From an uncultured Acidimicrobiia bacterium (GTDB lineage: Bacteria > Actinomycetota > Acidimicrobiia > Spongiisociales > UBA5794): a stretch of 64,000 nucleotides of DNA. The DNA is taken from positions 112,937 through 176,936 of the forward strand of contig CAVWXP010000008.1 of NCBI GenBank assembly GCA_963759175.1. Reading direction: 5' to 3'. Under the pieces are notes generated by a model that saw only the letters and a program-made list of their open reading frames with translations, did no database searches and was not told the DNA's origin. Made by a program: the position numbers and the translations under genes. This document shows positions 1 through 9,804 of the stretch, piece by piece (within the stretch, counting starts at the first letter, position 1; the number at the start of each line of letters is the position of its first letter).

Positions 1-602
1 CGAGCCCGTTGTTGTTCTGACCGAGGCCATCCCGTACGTACCGCCCCAGCCCGTCCCCGCCGAGGAAGGCCCTGATCGGCTCAGTGGCCACGACGGTCAC
101 GGCTGCGACCCGCACGCCGGCGAAGATGACCGACGTGGAAAGGGCCAACTCGACCTTTGCGAGGGTGTCCCATTCGCTGTATCCCATGGCGCGAGCCGCA
201 TCGACGGCGCCGGGATCCACCTGACGGACGGCGGTATAGGTATTCAGGAAGATCGGCGGTAGTGCAAGGAGCAGGAGGGCGATCAGGATCGGCCAGGGTT
301 CGAAGCCCCATCCCTGACGCAGGGCCACCGGTACGAGGAGACCTGCGACGGCGAAGGTCGGCACGGCCCGGCTCAGGGTGACGGCCCACGTGGCGGTGAG
401 TTCACCGCGCCGGTAGTGGGCGAGCCACGATGCAAGGGGAACCGTCACGACCACGGCAATGACGATCACGATCGAGCACAGGACGATCGTGTCCCATGCA
501 GACGCGAGGATGCCCGTCGGTCCCGTCCAGCTCTCGGGGTCGAGCAGCCATTCGAACACACCGATGTCGCGTGGCACCGCGGCTTGGCCAAGCAACCTCA
601 CG
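1..602 (-). CDS. ABC transporter permease (OpuBB/ProW-type, glycine betaine/choline family); 3'-partial, continues past window start
   Basis: Not in ORF track because it runs off the edge. Reverse-strand translation reads ...GVFEWLLDPESWTGPTGILASAWDTIVLCSIVIVIAVVVTVPLASWLAHYRRGELTATWAVTLSRAVPTFAVAGLLVPVALRQGWGFEPWPILIALLL..., a typical binding-protein-dependent permease. GTG/TTG start candidates lie near 590-602, right after the stop of the upstream permease. Confidence 0.7.
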
Positions 603-641
603 GCTGCCCCTGCGCCGGGTGCTCGCAGGCGTGGTGCCCTC

Positions 642-1322
642 TCATGCTGCGCCCTTCGGTCGATTGGCCCACGGTGTCGCCCGCCGTCCGACCCAGTAGA
701 TGAGACCGTCGAGGGCCAGGGCGAGGAGGATCGACAGGACTGCGCCGATGGTCATCGGGGTCCAGAAGGTGCGTCTCAGCCCGTCGAGGATCAGGCGACC
801 CAGGCCGCCCTGCCCGATGATCGCAGCCACCGTGACCAGGCCGACGGTCGACACGACGGCGATGCGCAGGCCCGTGATGATGTACGGCATGGCGAGGGGC
901 AACTCGACGGTGAACACCCGACGGACGGGCGACATCCCCATCCCGTCGGCGGCGTCCCGGACATCGGCCGGTACGGCCACGAACCCGGCGACGATGTTCG
1001 TCTCGATGATCAGCAACGTGTAGAGCGAGAGGGGCACGATCGCCGAGACGCGACTGAAGCCGAAGTAGGGAACAAGGATGGCGAACAGCGCCACGCTCGG
1101 GATGGTGTAGAGGAACGCCGTGAAGCCGTTGATGGGACCCGCAGCCCATCCGAATCGCAGGGCGAGGGCCGCCAGGCCGGCCGACAGGACGAAGCCGACC
1201 AGCACCGAGATCACGGTCAGCTCGAGGTGTTGGACAACCGCCTCGAGGATCTGATCCCACTCGTCGACGAAGTACTCCCACCGCACGATCGGATTGGATG
1301 CTTGGGCGATGAGTGTCGTCAC
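642..1322 (-). CDS. ABC transporter permease (osmoprotectant/glycine betaine-type)
   Basis: 226-aa ORF, multi-TM, with the EAA-like loop (…GMGMSPVRRVFTVELPLAMPYIITGLRIAVVSTVGLV…). Its start overlaps the stop of the ATPase at 1319 (operon). Confidence 0.85.
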   Translation of the reverse strand: MTTLIAQASNPIVRWEYFVDEWDQILEAVVQHLELTVISVLVGFVLSAGLAALALRFGWAAGPINGFTAFLYTIPSVALFAILVPYFGFSRVSAIVPLSLYTLLIIETNIVAGFVAVPADVRDAADGMGMSPVRRVFTVELPLAMPYIITGLRIAVVSTVGLVTVAAIIGQGGLGRLILDGLRRTFWTPMTIGAVLSILLALALDGLIYWVGRRATPWANRPKGAA

Positions 1323-2371
1323 AGGACCTCACCGCCCTGCTCGAGACCGGCGCGTATCGACTCGAGCGTCACGACGCCTCCGAACCGACCGTTGTCATCG
1401 ACGACGGCAACGGACGTGTGCGAGGTCATGATGATCTGCATCGCCGACCGCAACGTGCTCTCGGGTTGGACCCTCGCTGCGGGCAGGGCACGGGGCGCAT
1501 CGGCGAGGATCGTGTCCTGCTCGAGGTCGGAGGCGTGGATCCATCCCAGGAACAGGTTCCGATCGGTGACCCCGATCCACTCACTCACGTGTCGATCCAT
1601 CACGCCGAGCGCCTCTGCGAGTGGCGTCGCCACGGGCACGACCGGACCCTGGTTGTAGGGAAGGTCGGACACCACCTTGAGCTGGAGCCGCTTGATGCTG
1701 CGATCCTCCCCCACGAACTCCTCGACGAATACGTTGGCCGGGTCACGCAGGAGCTCATCGGGCGTGGCGTACTGCTCGAGGATGCCCCCGACGTTGAGGA
1801 GGGCGATGCGATCGCCCACCTTGAGCGCCTCGTCGATATCGTGGGTCACGAGGACGATCGTCTTGCCGACCCTGCCCTGCAACTCCAACAGCTCGTCCTG
1901 GAGCCGCGTTCGGACGATGGGGTCGACGGCTCCGAAGGGCTCGTCCATCAACAGGATCGGCGGATCGGCCGCAAGCGCCCGTGCGACCCCAACACGCTGT
2001 TGCTGCCCGCCGGAGAGCTCATCGGGGTATCGGTCGAGCAGTGAGGAGTCGAGGCCGACGAGCTCGGCGAGTTCGTCGGTTCGTGCACGGATCCGGTCCT
2101 GGTCCCAACCGAGCATCTTGGGAACGGTCGCGATGTTGGTGGCGATCGTGTGATGGGGGAACAGGCCCACCTGTTGGATCACGTACCCGATATCCCTTCG
2201 CAGCTCGGCGACGGGGCGCAACGTGATGTCCTCGCCGTCGATCTCGATCGCACCGGATGATGGTTCCACCAGGCGGTTGATCATGCGCAGGGTGGTCGTC
2301 TTTCCACAGCCGGAGGGACCGATCAGGACGACGATCGATCCCTCGGCGATGTCGAGGCTCAGCGACGACAC
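1319..2371 (-). CDS. ABC transporter ATP-binding protein with C-terminal CBS pair (OpuCA/ProV-like osmoprotectant importer ATPase)
   Basis: Walker A GPSGCGKTT, signature LSGGQQQRVGVARAL, Walker B ILLMDEPFGAVD, then a CBS-like tail. The true start is probably ~40-60 nt upstream: the in-frame upstream sequence reads ...IRLVDVSKRFDGAESDAVSSLSL without a canonical start codon nearby. Confidence 0.85.
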   Translation of the reverse strand: MSSLSLDIAEGSIVVLIGPSGCGKTTTLRMINRLVEPSSGAIEIDGEDITLRPVAELRRDIGYVIQQVGLFPHHTIATNIATVPKMLGWDQDRIRARTDELAELVGLDSSLLDRYPDELSGGQQQRVGVARALAADPPILLMDEPFGAVDPIVRTRLQDELLELQGRVGKTIVLVTHDIDEALKVGDRIALLNVGGILEQYATPDELLRDPANVFVEEFVGEDRSIKRLQLKVVSDLPYNQGPVVPVATPLAEALGVMDRHVSEWIGVTDRNLFLGWIHASDLEQDTILADAPRALPAARVQPESTLRSAMQIIMTSHTSVAVVDDNGRFGGVVTLESIRAGLEQGGEVL

Positions 2372-2559
2372 CGCGTCGGATTCTGCTCCATCGAATCGCT
2401 TCGATACATCAACGAGGCGGATGGCAACGGCAGTGATGGGAATCGCCCCTCACGGGTCTTGCGTGCGTCCGCGTGCGGACCGGGCAACGGCTGGTCGGGT
2501 GGCGCAGTGTAGGGCAGATGCTGATGGCGACCGGGACACCGGTCCTGCGGCGATGATCG

Positions 2560-5500
2560 TCATCGGAAGTCCCGCGAGGCGATGACCGGCGCGGGCCACT
2601 CCTCGAAACGATGGGCGACCAGGTTGGTGACGCCATCGCGGTACTCGAGCATGCCGGTGATGACCAGCCCGATCGCCTTGCGCGCCATCGTGTAGTTCGC
2701 CTCCCACACCGCAGGAAGCACCACGACGTTCATGATGCCGGTTTCGTCCTCCAGATTGAAGAAACGCACACCATTGGCGGTTCCCGGGCGCTGCCGGTGG
2801 GTCACGACGCCACCGACGAGCACCTTGGCCGTGTGTTTGCGCATGCGCAGGGCATCAGAGATGCGCAGGACACCTCGCGTATCGAGCTGGTCCCTGATGA
2901 ACGTCACCGGATGGGTGAGTGAGACACCCGTCGACCACAGGTCGGCCTGCATGATCTCGGGGCCGCTCATCGCCGGTAACTGCGGGGCCGTCGATGCATC
3001 TTCGAGAGCGAGTCGCTCGGGACCGAGCCTCCCGAGCGCCCCGGCTTGCCACATGCCGTCACGCTTGTCATACCCCAGCGAGCCGAAGGCCCCTGCGGCG
3101 GCGAGCCCCTCGTGCGCCTCCACCGACAACCCGGTCCGTTGCGCGAAATCCGCAGCGGTGCGGAACGTCCCTCCAGCGAATCGTGCAGCCTCGACCCTCG
3201 TGATCTCGCCCTCCCCGAGGTTGCGCACGTACCGCAGGCCCATCCTCAGGGCGACCGGCTGGCGCATGGCATCGTCAGCGGCTCCCCTCCCCCGTCTCCA
3301 TGCCATGCCGAGATACTCGGCGAGGTCGTCCGCATCGCTGGGGTGGGGTTCGACCGTGCAGTCGTGGATGGATACGTTGATGTCAGGAGGAAGAACCACG
3401 ACACCGTGGTGGAGTGCATCGGCGACGAGCGAGTTCGGCGAGTAGAACCCCATCGGTTGGGCGTTGAGGAGCCCGGCGAAGAACTCGGTTGGCCAGTGGT
3501 ACTTGAGCCACGATGCCGCATAGACGATGTAGGCGAACGACACCGAGTGCGATTCCGGGAACCCGAAGGACGCGAATCCCTGGAGCTTCTCCCACAGCTC
3601 GTCCGCTGGGGCGCCCGTGATCCCCTTGGATGCCATGCCGGCGAAGACCTCGTCGCGGAGCTTGGCCATCTCCTCGTCGGATCGCTTGTGCGTCATCGCC
3701 TGGCGGAGCCGATCGGACTGACCGGGTGTGAACCCGGCGCATACACGGGCGATCTCCATCAGTTGCTCCTGGAACACCGGCACCCCGAGGGTCTTGCGCA
3801 GGATCGGTTCCGCCGAGGGATGGATGTAGCGCACGGGTTCCTCACCGTTGCGCCTCCGCAGGTACGGATGGACGGATTGGCCCTGGATGGGGCCGGGGCG
3901 TATGAGGGCGACCTCGACGGCCAGGTCGTAGAACGTACGGGGCTTCATCCGGGGAAGGGTCGCCATCTGGGCCCGCGATTCCACCTGGAACACCCCCACG
4001 GTGTCGGCACGCGTGAGCATCTCGTACACGACCGGTTCCTGCGGGATCGTCGCGAGGTCGATGTCCACGCCGTGGGTGTCACGAATCGCATCGACGGAGA
4101 GGTGGAGGGCATTGAGCGCACCGAGGGCGAGGAGGTCGAACTTCACGATGCCCATGGCAGCCGTGTCGTTCTTGTCCCACTGGAGGACGGACCGATCCTG
4201 CATGCGGCCCCATTCCATGGGCACGACCTCCCACAGGGGACGGCGTGCCACGACCATGCCCCCCGAGTGGATGCCGAGGTGGCGGGGGAACCCGTCGAGT
4301 CGGTAGCACACGTCGTAGATGTGGTCCGCTGTGAGGCCCTCGGGGAGTTCGACCACATCCCTGAGCACCTTCGGCGAGCGATGGTCGAGGTACTTGGTCA
4401 GGGCATTCACCTGTGCCTGGGTCAGGCCGAACGCCTTGCCCACGTCCTGGAGGACCGATCTCGCCCGATAGGTGATCACATTGGCCACCATCGCTGCCCG
4501 CTCCCTGCCATACCGTCGGTAGCAGTACTGGATCACCTCCTCGCGACGTTCCGCCTCGAAGTCGATGTCGATGTCCGGCGGACGCCCGCGCTCGTGCGAC
4601 AGGAACCGCTCGAAGGGCAGCCCGAGCCGGATCGGGTCGACCCTGGTCAGCTCGATGCAGCGACAGACGGCCGAATCCGCACCCGACCCGCGGATCTGGC
4701 AGTAGATGTCGCGCGAACGTGCGAACTGGACGATGTCCCACGCCACGAGGAAGAAGCCAGCGAACCCCATCTCGGCGATGACGCCGAGTTCGTGTTCGAG
4801 CCGTCGCCGTGCACGGGGGTCGAGGCCGTCGTCGCTGCCCGGATAGACCTTCCGAGCTCCTTCGTACACGAGGTGCGCGAGGTACTCGTCCTCGGTCGTG
4901 AACGCGCCCGGCATCGGGAAGTCGGGGAGCTCGGGGGCCAGGAGGTCGAGGCCGAAGGCGAGGGAACGGCCGAGCTCGGCGGCACGTGCGACCGCTCCCG
5001 GGTAGCGGGCGAACCGTGCGGCCATCTCGTCGGGAGTCCGGAGGTGCCGGAGATCGGTCGCTGGCCTGAATCCGTCGTGATGGTCGAGCGAACGCCGCCC
5101 GCCGATGGCAGCGAGTACCTCGGACAGGTCGGCATCGTGGCGATGGGCGTAGTGGACGTTGTTCGTCGCCACGGTCGGGACCCCGAGCCTCATGGCGACA
5201 TCAGCGAGGAGGTCGTTGCGCGCATCGTCCGCTGGTAGGCCGTGGTGGGACAACTCGATGTGGAATCGCGCCCCGAAGAGGTCCCGGAGCCTGCTGGCGG
5301 CTCGCATCGCTCCCGGCAGGTCCCCCGAGGCCGCTGCACGGGGGACGGCTCCCTGCCAGCACCCGGACAACGCGACGAGGTTCCCGTCGCGGGCAGCCTC
5401 CTCGAGGTCGCGGTAGGCATAGCGCGGAGCATCCTTCCTCCCTCGGTACTGACCGCGCGTCACGAACCTCCCGATGGCCGCGTATCCCACGGGGTCCGGG

Positions 5501-6003
5501 GCGAGGAGGATCAGATGGTCCGTCGGCGGCCGATCGAGCGGCTTCGTCCCGTGCATGCGACGAACCCTCCCCCGCCGGGTCGTGTCGCCTTGCCCCGTCA
5601 CGGGAACGACGATGTCGCCGGTGCCCGGGCCCCCGTCGCCCGATCCGGGATCGGGGATGTCCACGCCGGAGCGGTCGTCGGTAGCATCGCCATCGTCCCC
5701 CTGCGGCATGCCGACCTCGGTTCCGTGGACGAGTGGCAAGCCGATGCGAACCGCATGGGCATGGGCCTGGACCGAACCGCGGAACCCATCGTGGTCCGTG
5801 ATCGCCAGCGCTTCGTACCCCAGTTCGGCAGCGCGTTCCACGAGTTCACCTGCCCATGCCGCGCCATCGAGGAACGAGTAGTTCGTGTGGCAATGGAGCT
5901 CTGCGTACCGCGTCATGACACGACTGTAATCGAACATGTGTTCGATGTTCTCGCCAGCGGCGCCTCCCGGTACTACGGTTGTCGCACGCGACCCGGACGC
6001 CAC
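2560..6003 (-). CDS. dnaE2: error-prone DNA polymerase III alpha subunit DnaE2 (ImuC)
   Basis: 1147-aa ORF with PHP motif YAELHCHTNYSFLDGA and a pol III alpha core; the length fits DnaE2. The likely real start is MTRYAELH at 5916 (or MFDYS at 5937) because a LexA box sits at 5930-5945. The ORF-track maximum is 6003. Confidence 0.9.
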   Translation of the reverse strand: MASGSRATTVVPGGAAGENIEHMFDYSRVMTRYAELHCHTNYSFLDGAAWAGELVERAAELGYEALAITDHDGFRGSVQAHAHAVRIGLPLVHGTEVGMPQGDDGDATDDRSGVDIPDPGSGDGGPGTGDIVVPVTGQGDTTRRGRVRRMHGTKPLDRPPTDHLILLAPDPVGYAAIGRFVTRGQYRGRKDAPRYAYRDLEEAARDGNLVALSGCWQGAVPRAAASGDLPGAMRAASRLRDLFGARFHIELSHHGLPADDARNDLLADVAMRLGVPTVATNNVHYAHRHDADLSEVLAAIGGRRSLDHHDGFRPATDLRHLRTPDEMAARFARYPGAVARAAELGRSLAFGLDLLAPELPDFPMPGAFTTEDEYLAHLVYEGARKVYPGSDDGLDPRARRRLEHELGVIAEMGFAGFFLVAWDIVQFARSRDIYCQIRGSGADSAVCRCIELTRVDPIRLGLPFERFLSHERGRPPDIDIDFEAERREEVIQYCYRRYGRERAAMVANVITYRARSVLQDVGKAFGLTQAQVNALTKYLDHRSPKVLRDVVELPEGLTADHIYDVCYRLDGFPRHLGIHSGGMVVARRPLWEVVPMEWGRMQDRSVLQWDKNDTAAMGIVKFDLLALGALNALHLSVDAIRDTHGVDIDLATIPQEPVVYEMLTRADTVGVFQVESRAQMATLPRMKPRTFYDLAVEVALIRPGPIQGQSVHPYLRRRNGEEPVRYIHPSAEPILRKTLGVPVFQEQLMEIARVCAGFTPGQSDRLRQAMTHKRSDEEMAKLRDEVFAGMASKGITGAPADELWEKLQGFASFGFPESHSVSFAYIVYAASWLKYHWPTEFFAGLLNAQPMGFYSPNSLVADALHHGVVVLPPDINVSIHDCTVEPHPSDADDLAEYLGMAWRRGRGAADDAMRQPVALRMGLRYVRNLGEGEITRVEAARFAGGTFRTAADFAQRTGLSVEAHEGLAAAGAFGSLGYDKRDGMWQAGALGRLGPERLALEDASTAPQLPAMSGPEIMQADLWSTGVSLTHPVTFIRDQLDTRGVLRISDALRMRKHTAKVLVGGVVTHRQRPGTANGVRFFNLEDETGIMNVVVLPAVWEANYTMARKAIGLVITGMLEYRDGVTNLVAHRFEEWPAPVIASRDFR
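5930..5945. promoter_or_regulatory. LexA/SOS box TCGAACATGTGTTCGA (perfect palindrome, actinobacterial type)
   Basis: Exact match to TCGAAC-N4-GTTCGA, positioned over the dnaE2 start region. The identical 20-mer TAATCGAACATGTGTTCGAT recurs at 46044-46063 upstream of imuA'. Confidence 0.85.
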
Positions 6004-6006
6004 ACG

Positions 6007-6216
6007 ATGTCAACGATCGATGACGACAACACCGACCAGCCGATACCGACCGAGGAGATCTTCCTCGAGCTCGAGGAGCTCCAGGAAGCGGCCAAGGACC
6101 TCGACGACGACGCTCCCTCCCCGGTGACGAGCGAGGACGATCTGACGGGCATCAAGGCTCGCATCGCACGGTTGCGGGCGATGCTCAGCGACCGCGGCGC
6201 ACCCATCGACGAGTAG
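6007..6216 (+). CDS. small acidic hypothetical protein (69 aa), divergent from dnaE2
   Basis: ATG at 6007. MSTIDDDNTDQPIPTEEIFLELEELQEAAKDLDDDAPSPVTSEDDLTGIKARIARLRAMLSDRGAPIDE is protein-like, acidic, with a helical C-terminus. It is the terminal part of track ORF 5242..6216, whose upstream portion is antisense to dnaE2. Confidence 0.5.
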   Translation: MSTIDDDNTDQPIPTEEIFLELEELQEAAKDLDDDAPSPVTSEDDLTGIKARIARLRAMLSDRGAPIDE

Positions 6217-6282
6217 GTCCGTTACCTCCCTTTCGACACGCACGGGTCGGAATCCCCACACGACGATCCCGCACCGCGTAGT

Positions 6283-6672
6283 GTGGGGGGCATGACGGAG
6301 TTCTCGATCCAGTTGGTGAACCGACCCGGCCAGTTGGCCTCCCTTGCCCGGTTGCTCTCCGACGCCGGAGTCGAGGTCGAGGCCTTCGCAGCCGTTGCCG
6401 ACGACGGTCACAGCCACGTCAGGTTGGTCGTGGAATCGGCCCCGGTTGCACGGAGGGTCCTCATGGCTGCCGACCTCGAATTCGATGAGCGCGAGGTGCT
6501 CGATACGTTCCTCCCCAGGGGGAGCGACGCCCTCGCCCACATGGCCGAGGGTCTCGCCAACGCATCCGTGAACATCAACTCGATGTACCTGCTGCACTCG
6601 TCGTCGGAGGGTTACCACTTCGCCGTGACGGTCGATGACGTCGACCGAGCGCACGAGGCCCTCGCCGGCTGA
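6283..6672 (+). CDS. ACT domain-containing protein
   Basis: 129 aa with two ACT-like halves (FSIQLVNRPGQLASLARLLSDAGVEVEAF… / …YHFAVTVDDVDRAHEAL). GTG start at 6283 or ATG at 6292. Confidence 0.7.
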   Translation: MGGMTEFSIQLVNRPGQLASLARLLSDAGVEVEAFAAVADDGHSHVRLVVESAPVARRVLMAADLEFDEREVLDTFLPRGSDALAHMAEGLANASVNINSMYLLHSSSEGYHFAVTVDDVDRAHEALAG

Positions 6673-6689
6673 TCCAGACGGGCGCTATC

Positions 6690-8525
6690 TCACGCCAGCG
6701 CCGTGCGAACCGAGGTGGCGACGCCGTCGCCGTCGAGACCGAGCCTCGCCAGGATGACATCCGGATTGGCGTGGGGGATGTAGGTCACCGGCACGCCGAG
6801 GATCTCGACCCGCACGGGCGAACGCATGTCGCGAAGCGCCATCTCGATGGCGGTACCCGCACCACCTTCGCGGAACCCGTCCTCGATCGTCACCACGAGG
6901 TCGTGGGAGGCTGCGTCCTCGAGCATGATCCGATCAAGGGGCTTGACGACGCGGGGATCCCACACGGTTGCACGAATGCCATCGGCCTCGAGTATCTCCG
7001 CTGCTTCCATGGCGGCAGCGAGCATCTTGCCCACGCCGATCAGGCACACGCGCCGATCCCCTCCCGATCTCACCAGGCGAGCCTCGAATCCGGAACCCAC
7101 GTCCTCGGAATCGACCTCGACGGCAGCCGTCTTCGGCCACCTGACCGACGCCGGGCCGTCACACATCTCGACGGCGTCGGTGAGCATGACCTGGAGTTCC
7201 TGATAGGACGACGGGGCGAACACCGTCATGTCCGGCACCTTGAGGCACAGGACCATGTCGAGGACGCCGTGATGGGAAGGGCCATCGTCGCCGGTGACAC
7301 CGGCACGATCGAGGGCGAGGACCACATGTTGGCCGTGGAGTCCCGCGTCGAGGTTGAGCTGATCGAATGCCCGGCTGAGGAACGTGGAGTACACCGCGAG
7401 CACGGGACGCATCCCCGCCATGGCGAGGCCGGTCGCCATCGTCATCGCGTGTTGTTCGGCGATGCCCACGTCGATGCACCGATCGGGGAACCGCTCCTCG
7501 AATGCCAACACGCCGGTCGAGTCCGGCATGGCGGCCGTGATCGCAACGAGGTCCGCATGGGACTCGCCCAGCTTGCACAACGTGTCCATGAACGCGGCCG
7601 TGTAACTTCCCGGGCGGATGGATCCGGTGTCGTGCATGAGCTTGATCGCATCGTTCTCCGCCGGGGCGTACCCGCGACCCTTCTGCGTCAGGATGTGGAC
7701 GACCGTGGGGGCCTCGAACTGCTTCGCGTTCTGGAGGGCCGATTCGATCGCCTCGACATCGTGGCCGTCGTACGGGCCCAGGTACCGGATGCCGAGGTCC
7801 TCGAAGAAGGCCGGTGGCTCCCACATCTCGCGCACCGCAGCCTTGGTTGCCCCGATGCCCCTGTCGACCAGACCGCCGACCCACGGCATGGAACGGGCGA
7901 ATCGCTCGAGGCGACGCTGGCGCTGCATGTAGATCGGGTTGGCGCGGATCCTCGCGAGGCTCTCGCTGAGCTTGGACACGGTCGGTGCGTAGGACCGCCC
8001 GTTGTCGTTGAGGATGATGGTGACGTTCGATCCGCTGTGGCCGAGGTTGTTGAGGCCCTCATAGGCCATGCCCCCGGTGAGCGATCCGTCTCCGATCACG
8101 GCGACGACATGTCCGGCGTCCTCGCCATCGCGCAGGTGCCGACCCGTAGCGATTCCATGGGCATAGGACAGGACCGTGCTGGCGTGGCTGTTCTCGATGA
8201 CGTCGTGGACCGACTCCGCACGGTTCGGGTAGCCACTCAAGCCACCTTCCTTGCGCAGCTTTGCGAATCCGTCCCTGCGGCCGGTCACGATCTTGTGCAC
8301 GTACGCCTGATGGCCGGTGTCCCACAGGATGATGTCCCGCGGGGACTCGAAGACGCGATGGAGTGCCAGGGTCATCTCGACGGCGCCGAGATTCGAACCG
8401 AGGTGGCCACCGTTGACCTCGACCGCTTCGACGATGAAGTCCCGGATCTCCCCGGCGAGCACATCGAGTTCTTCGTAGCTGAGGTCCCTGAGGTCGGCAG
8501 GGCTCTCGATCCGTTCGAGGTACAT
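6690..8525 (-). CDS. dxs: 1-deoxy-D-xylulose-5-phosphate synthase
   Basis: MYLERIESPADLRDLSYEEL…GHLGSNLGAVE…, with transketolase-like TPP and pyrimidine domains. The track ORF extends to 8675, but the conserved N-terminus begins at the internal Met at 8525. Confidence 0.9.
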   Translation of the reverse strand: MYLERIESPADLRDLSYEELDVLAGEIRDFIVEAVEVNGGHLGSNLGAVEMTLALHRVFESPRDIILWDTGHQAYVHKIVTGRRDGFAKLRKEGGLSGYPNRAESVHDVIENSHASTVLSYAHGIATGRHLRDGEDAGHVVAVIGDGSLTGGMAYEGLNNLGHSGSNVTIILNDNGRSYAPTVSKLSESLARIRANPIYMQRQRRLERFARSMPWVGGLVDRGIGATKAAVREMWEPPAFFEDLGIRYLGPYDGHDVEAIESALQNAKQFEAPTVVHILTQKGRGYAPAENDAIKLMHDTGSIRPGSYTAAFMDTLCKLGESHADLVAITAAMPDSTGVLAFEERFPDRCIDVGIAEQHAMTMATGLAMAGMRPVLAVYSTFLSRAFDQLNLDAGLHGQHVVLALDRAGVTGDDGPSHHGVLDMVLCLKVPDMTVFAPSSYQELQVMLTDAVEMCDGPASVRWPKTAAVEVDSEDVGSGFEARLVRSGGDRRVCLIGVGKMLAAAMEAAEILEADGIRATVWDPRVVKPLDRIMLEDAASHDLVVTIEDGFREGGAGTAIEMALRDMRSPVRVEILGVPVTYIPHANPDVILARLGLDGDGVATSVRTALA

Positions 8526-8707
8526 CGGGGTTCCGTCTTGGGGTGGTCCATCGCCATGTGGCGTTGCGTGCAAGGGTAGTCGTCTACCTCCGAGAATCTC
8601 CCGCACACGGGCCCCACGGCCGTCCTCGGACCCGTGACCCCTGTGGTCACGACCATGCGATAGCCTCGGTTCCACGAAACACCATCAGCGACACCAGGAG
8701 GCGGCAC

Positions 8708-9715
8708 GTGGGGCTCGGATTCGGACTGTTGTCGGCCCAGAGGGCACCGGGGGACGACCGATCATGGGAGGACGTCTACCGCGAGACCCTCGATCTCGCT
8801 GAGCACCTCGACCGCACGGGTTTCGATTCGGTGTGGACGACGGAACACCACTTCGTCGATGACGGGTACATGCCATCGCTCCTCGTGACATCGGCGGCGA
8901 TCGCCGCTCGGACGGAGTCCATCGCGATCGGAACGGGGGTCGTCCTCGCTCCCCTCCATCACCCACTCCGCCTCGCCGAGGACGCCGCCACCGTGCAGGC
9001 GATCTCGAACGGCCGCCTGCACCTCGGTCTCGGTCTCGGATGGTCGAAGACCGAGTTTGCCGCGTTGGGCGCCGACATCACGAAGCGTGGCAAGGCGATG
9101 ACCGAAACCCTCGAGATCCTCAAGCTCGCGGGCTCAGGCATTCCCTTCGCCTGGGACGGTGACGTCTACGCCTTCCCCGAGGTCGCCGTCCGGCCGGTGC
9201 CGACGACACCCATCCCGTTGATCATCGGAGGAGGAGTGGACGCAGCGGTGCGCCGGGCGGCCCGCCTCGCCGACGGGTTCTTCTCGAATGCGTCACCGCA
9301 ACGGTTCGTCGAGCAGGTGCGAGTCGCCCACGAGGAGATGGAGCGGATCGGACGTGACCCCGAGACGTTCCGATGGATCTACTACGGAGTCATGTACCCG
9401 GGTCCCACGGCTGAGATCGTCGACTCCGTGTGGCTGCAGATGTGGAAGTACTCCGACATGGAGGCATCGGCGAGGCGCACGGGCATCTCCGCACCTCCGC
9501 CGCTGGATGCGGACATGGCATCGAAGATGGAACGACGCATCATCGGTGGATCGACCGCCGAGATCGTCGACACACTCGCCACGGTGCGAGCCGAGGTCGG
9601 CGTGCCCGTGGAGTGGGTGGCTCGTAGCTACTTCCCGGACGTCCCCTACCAACGCCAGGTGGAGATCGCCGACGCCCTCGCATCCGAGGTGATGCCGTTC
9701 CTGCCCACCGGTTGA
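8708..9715 (+). CDS. LLM-class (luciferase-like) flavin/F420-dependent oxidoreductase
   Basis: GTG at 8708 preceded by AGGAGG. …GFDSVWTTEHHF…LGLGLGW… is a bacterial-luciferase TIM-barrel signature. Confidence 0.8.
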   Translation: MGLGFGLLSAQRAPGDDRSWEDVYRETLDLAEHLDRTGFDSVWTTEHHFVDDGYMPSLLVTSAAIAARTESIAIGTGVVLAPLHHPLRLAEDAATVQAISNGRLHLGLGLGWSKTEFAALGADITKRGKAMTETLEILKLAGSGIPFAWDGDVYAFPEVAVRPVPTTPIPLIIGGGVDAAVRRAARLADGFFSNASPQRFVEQVRVAHEEMERIGRDPETFRWIYYGVMYPGPTAEIVDSVWLQMWKYSDMEASARRTGISAPPPLDADMASKMERRIIGGSTAEIVDTLATVRAEVGVPVEWVARSYFPDVPYQRQVEIADALASEVMPFLPTG

Positions 9716-9804
9716 CCTGAACGCGATCGCCGAATCGGGCGGATACGGGCACCTCCCTAGGATGGGCCCCATACGTCGACGATGACCATCCGCTGAGGAG
9801 GTTC

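Noticed and set aside
3046-5238. 730-aa ORF on + strand
   Set aside because: Lies entirely antisense to dnaE2. Its translation is Arg/Gly/Pro/Val-rich junk typical of open frames on the opposite strand of high-GC genes.
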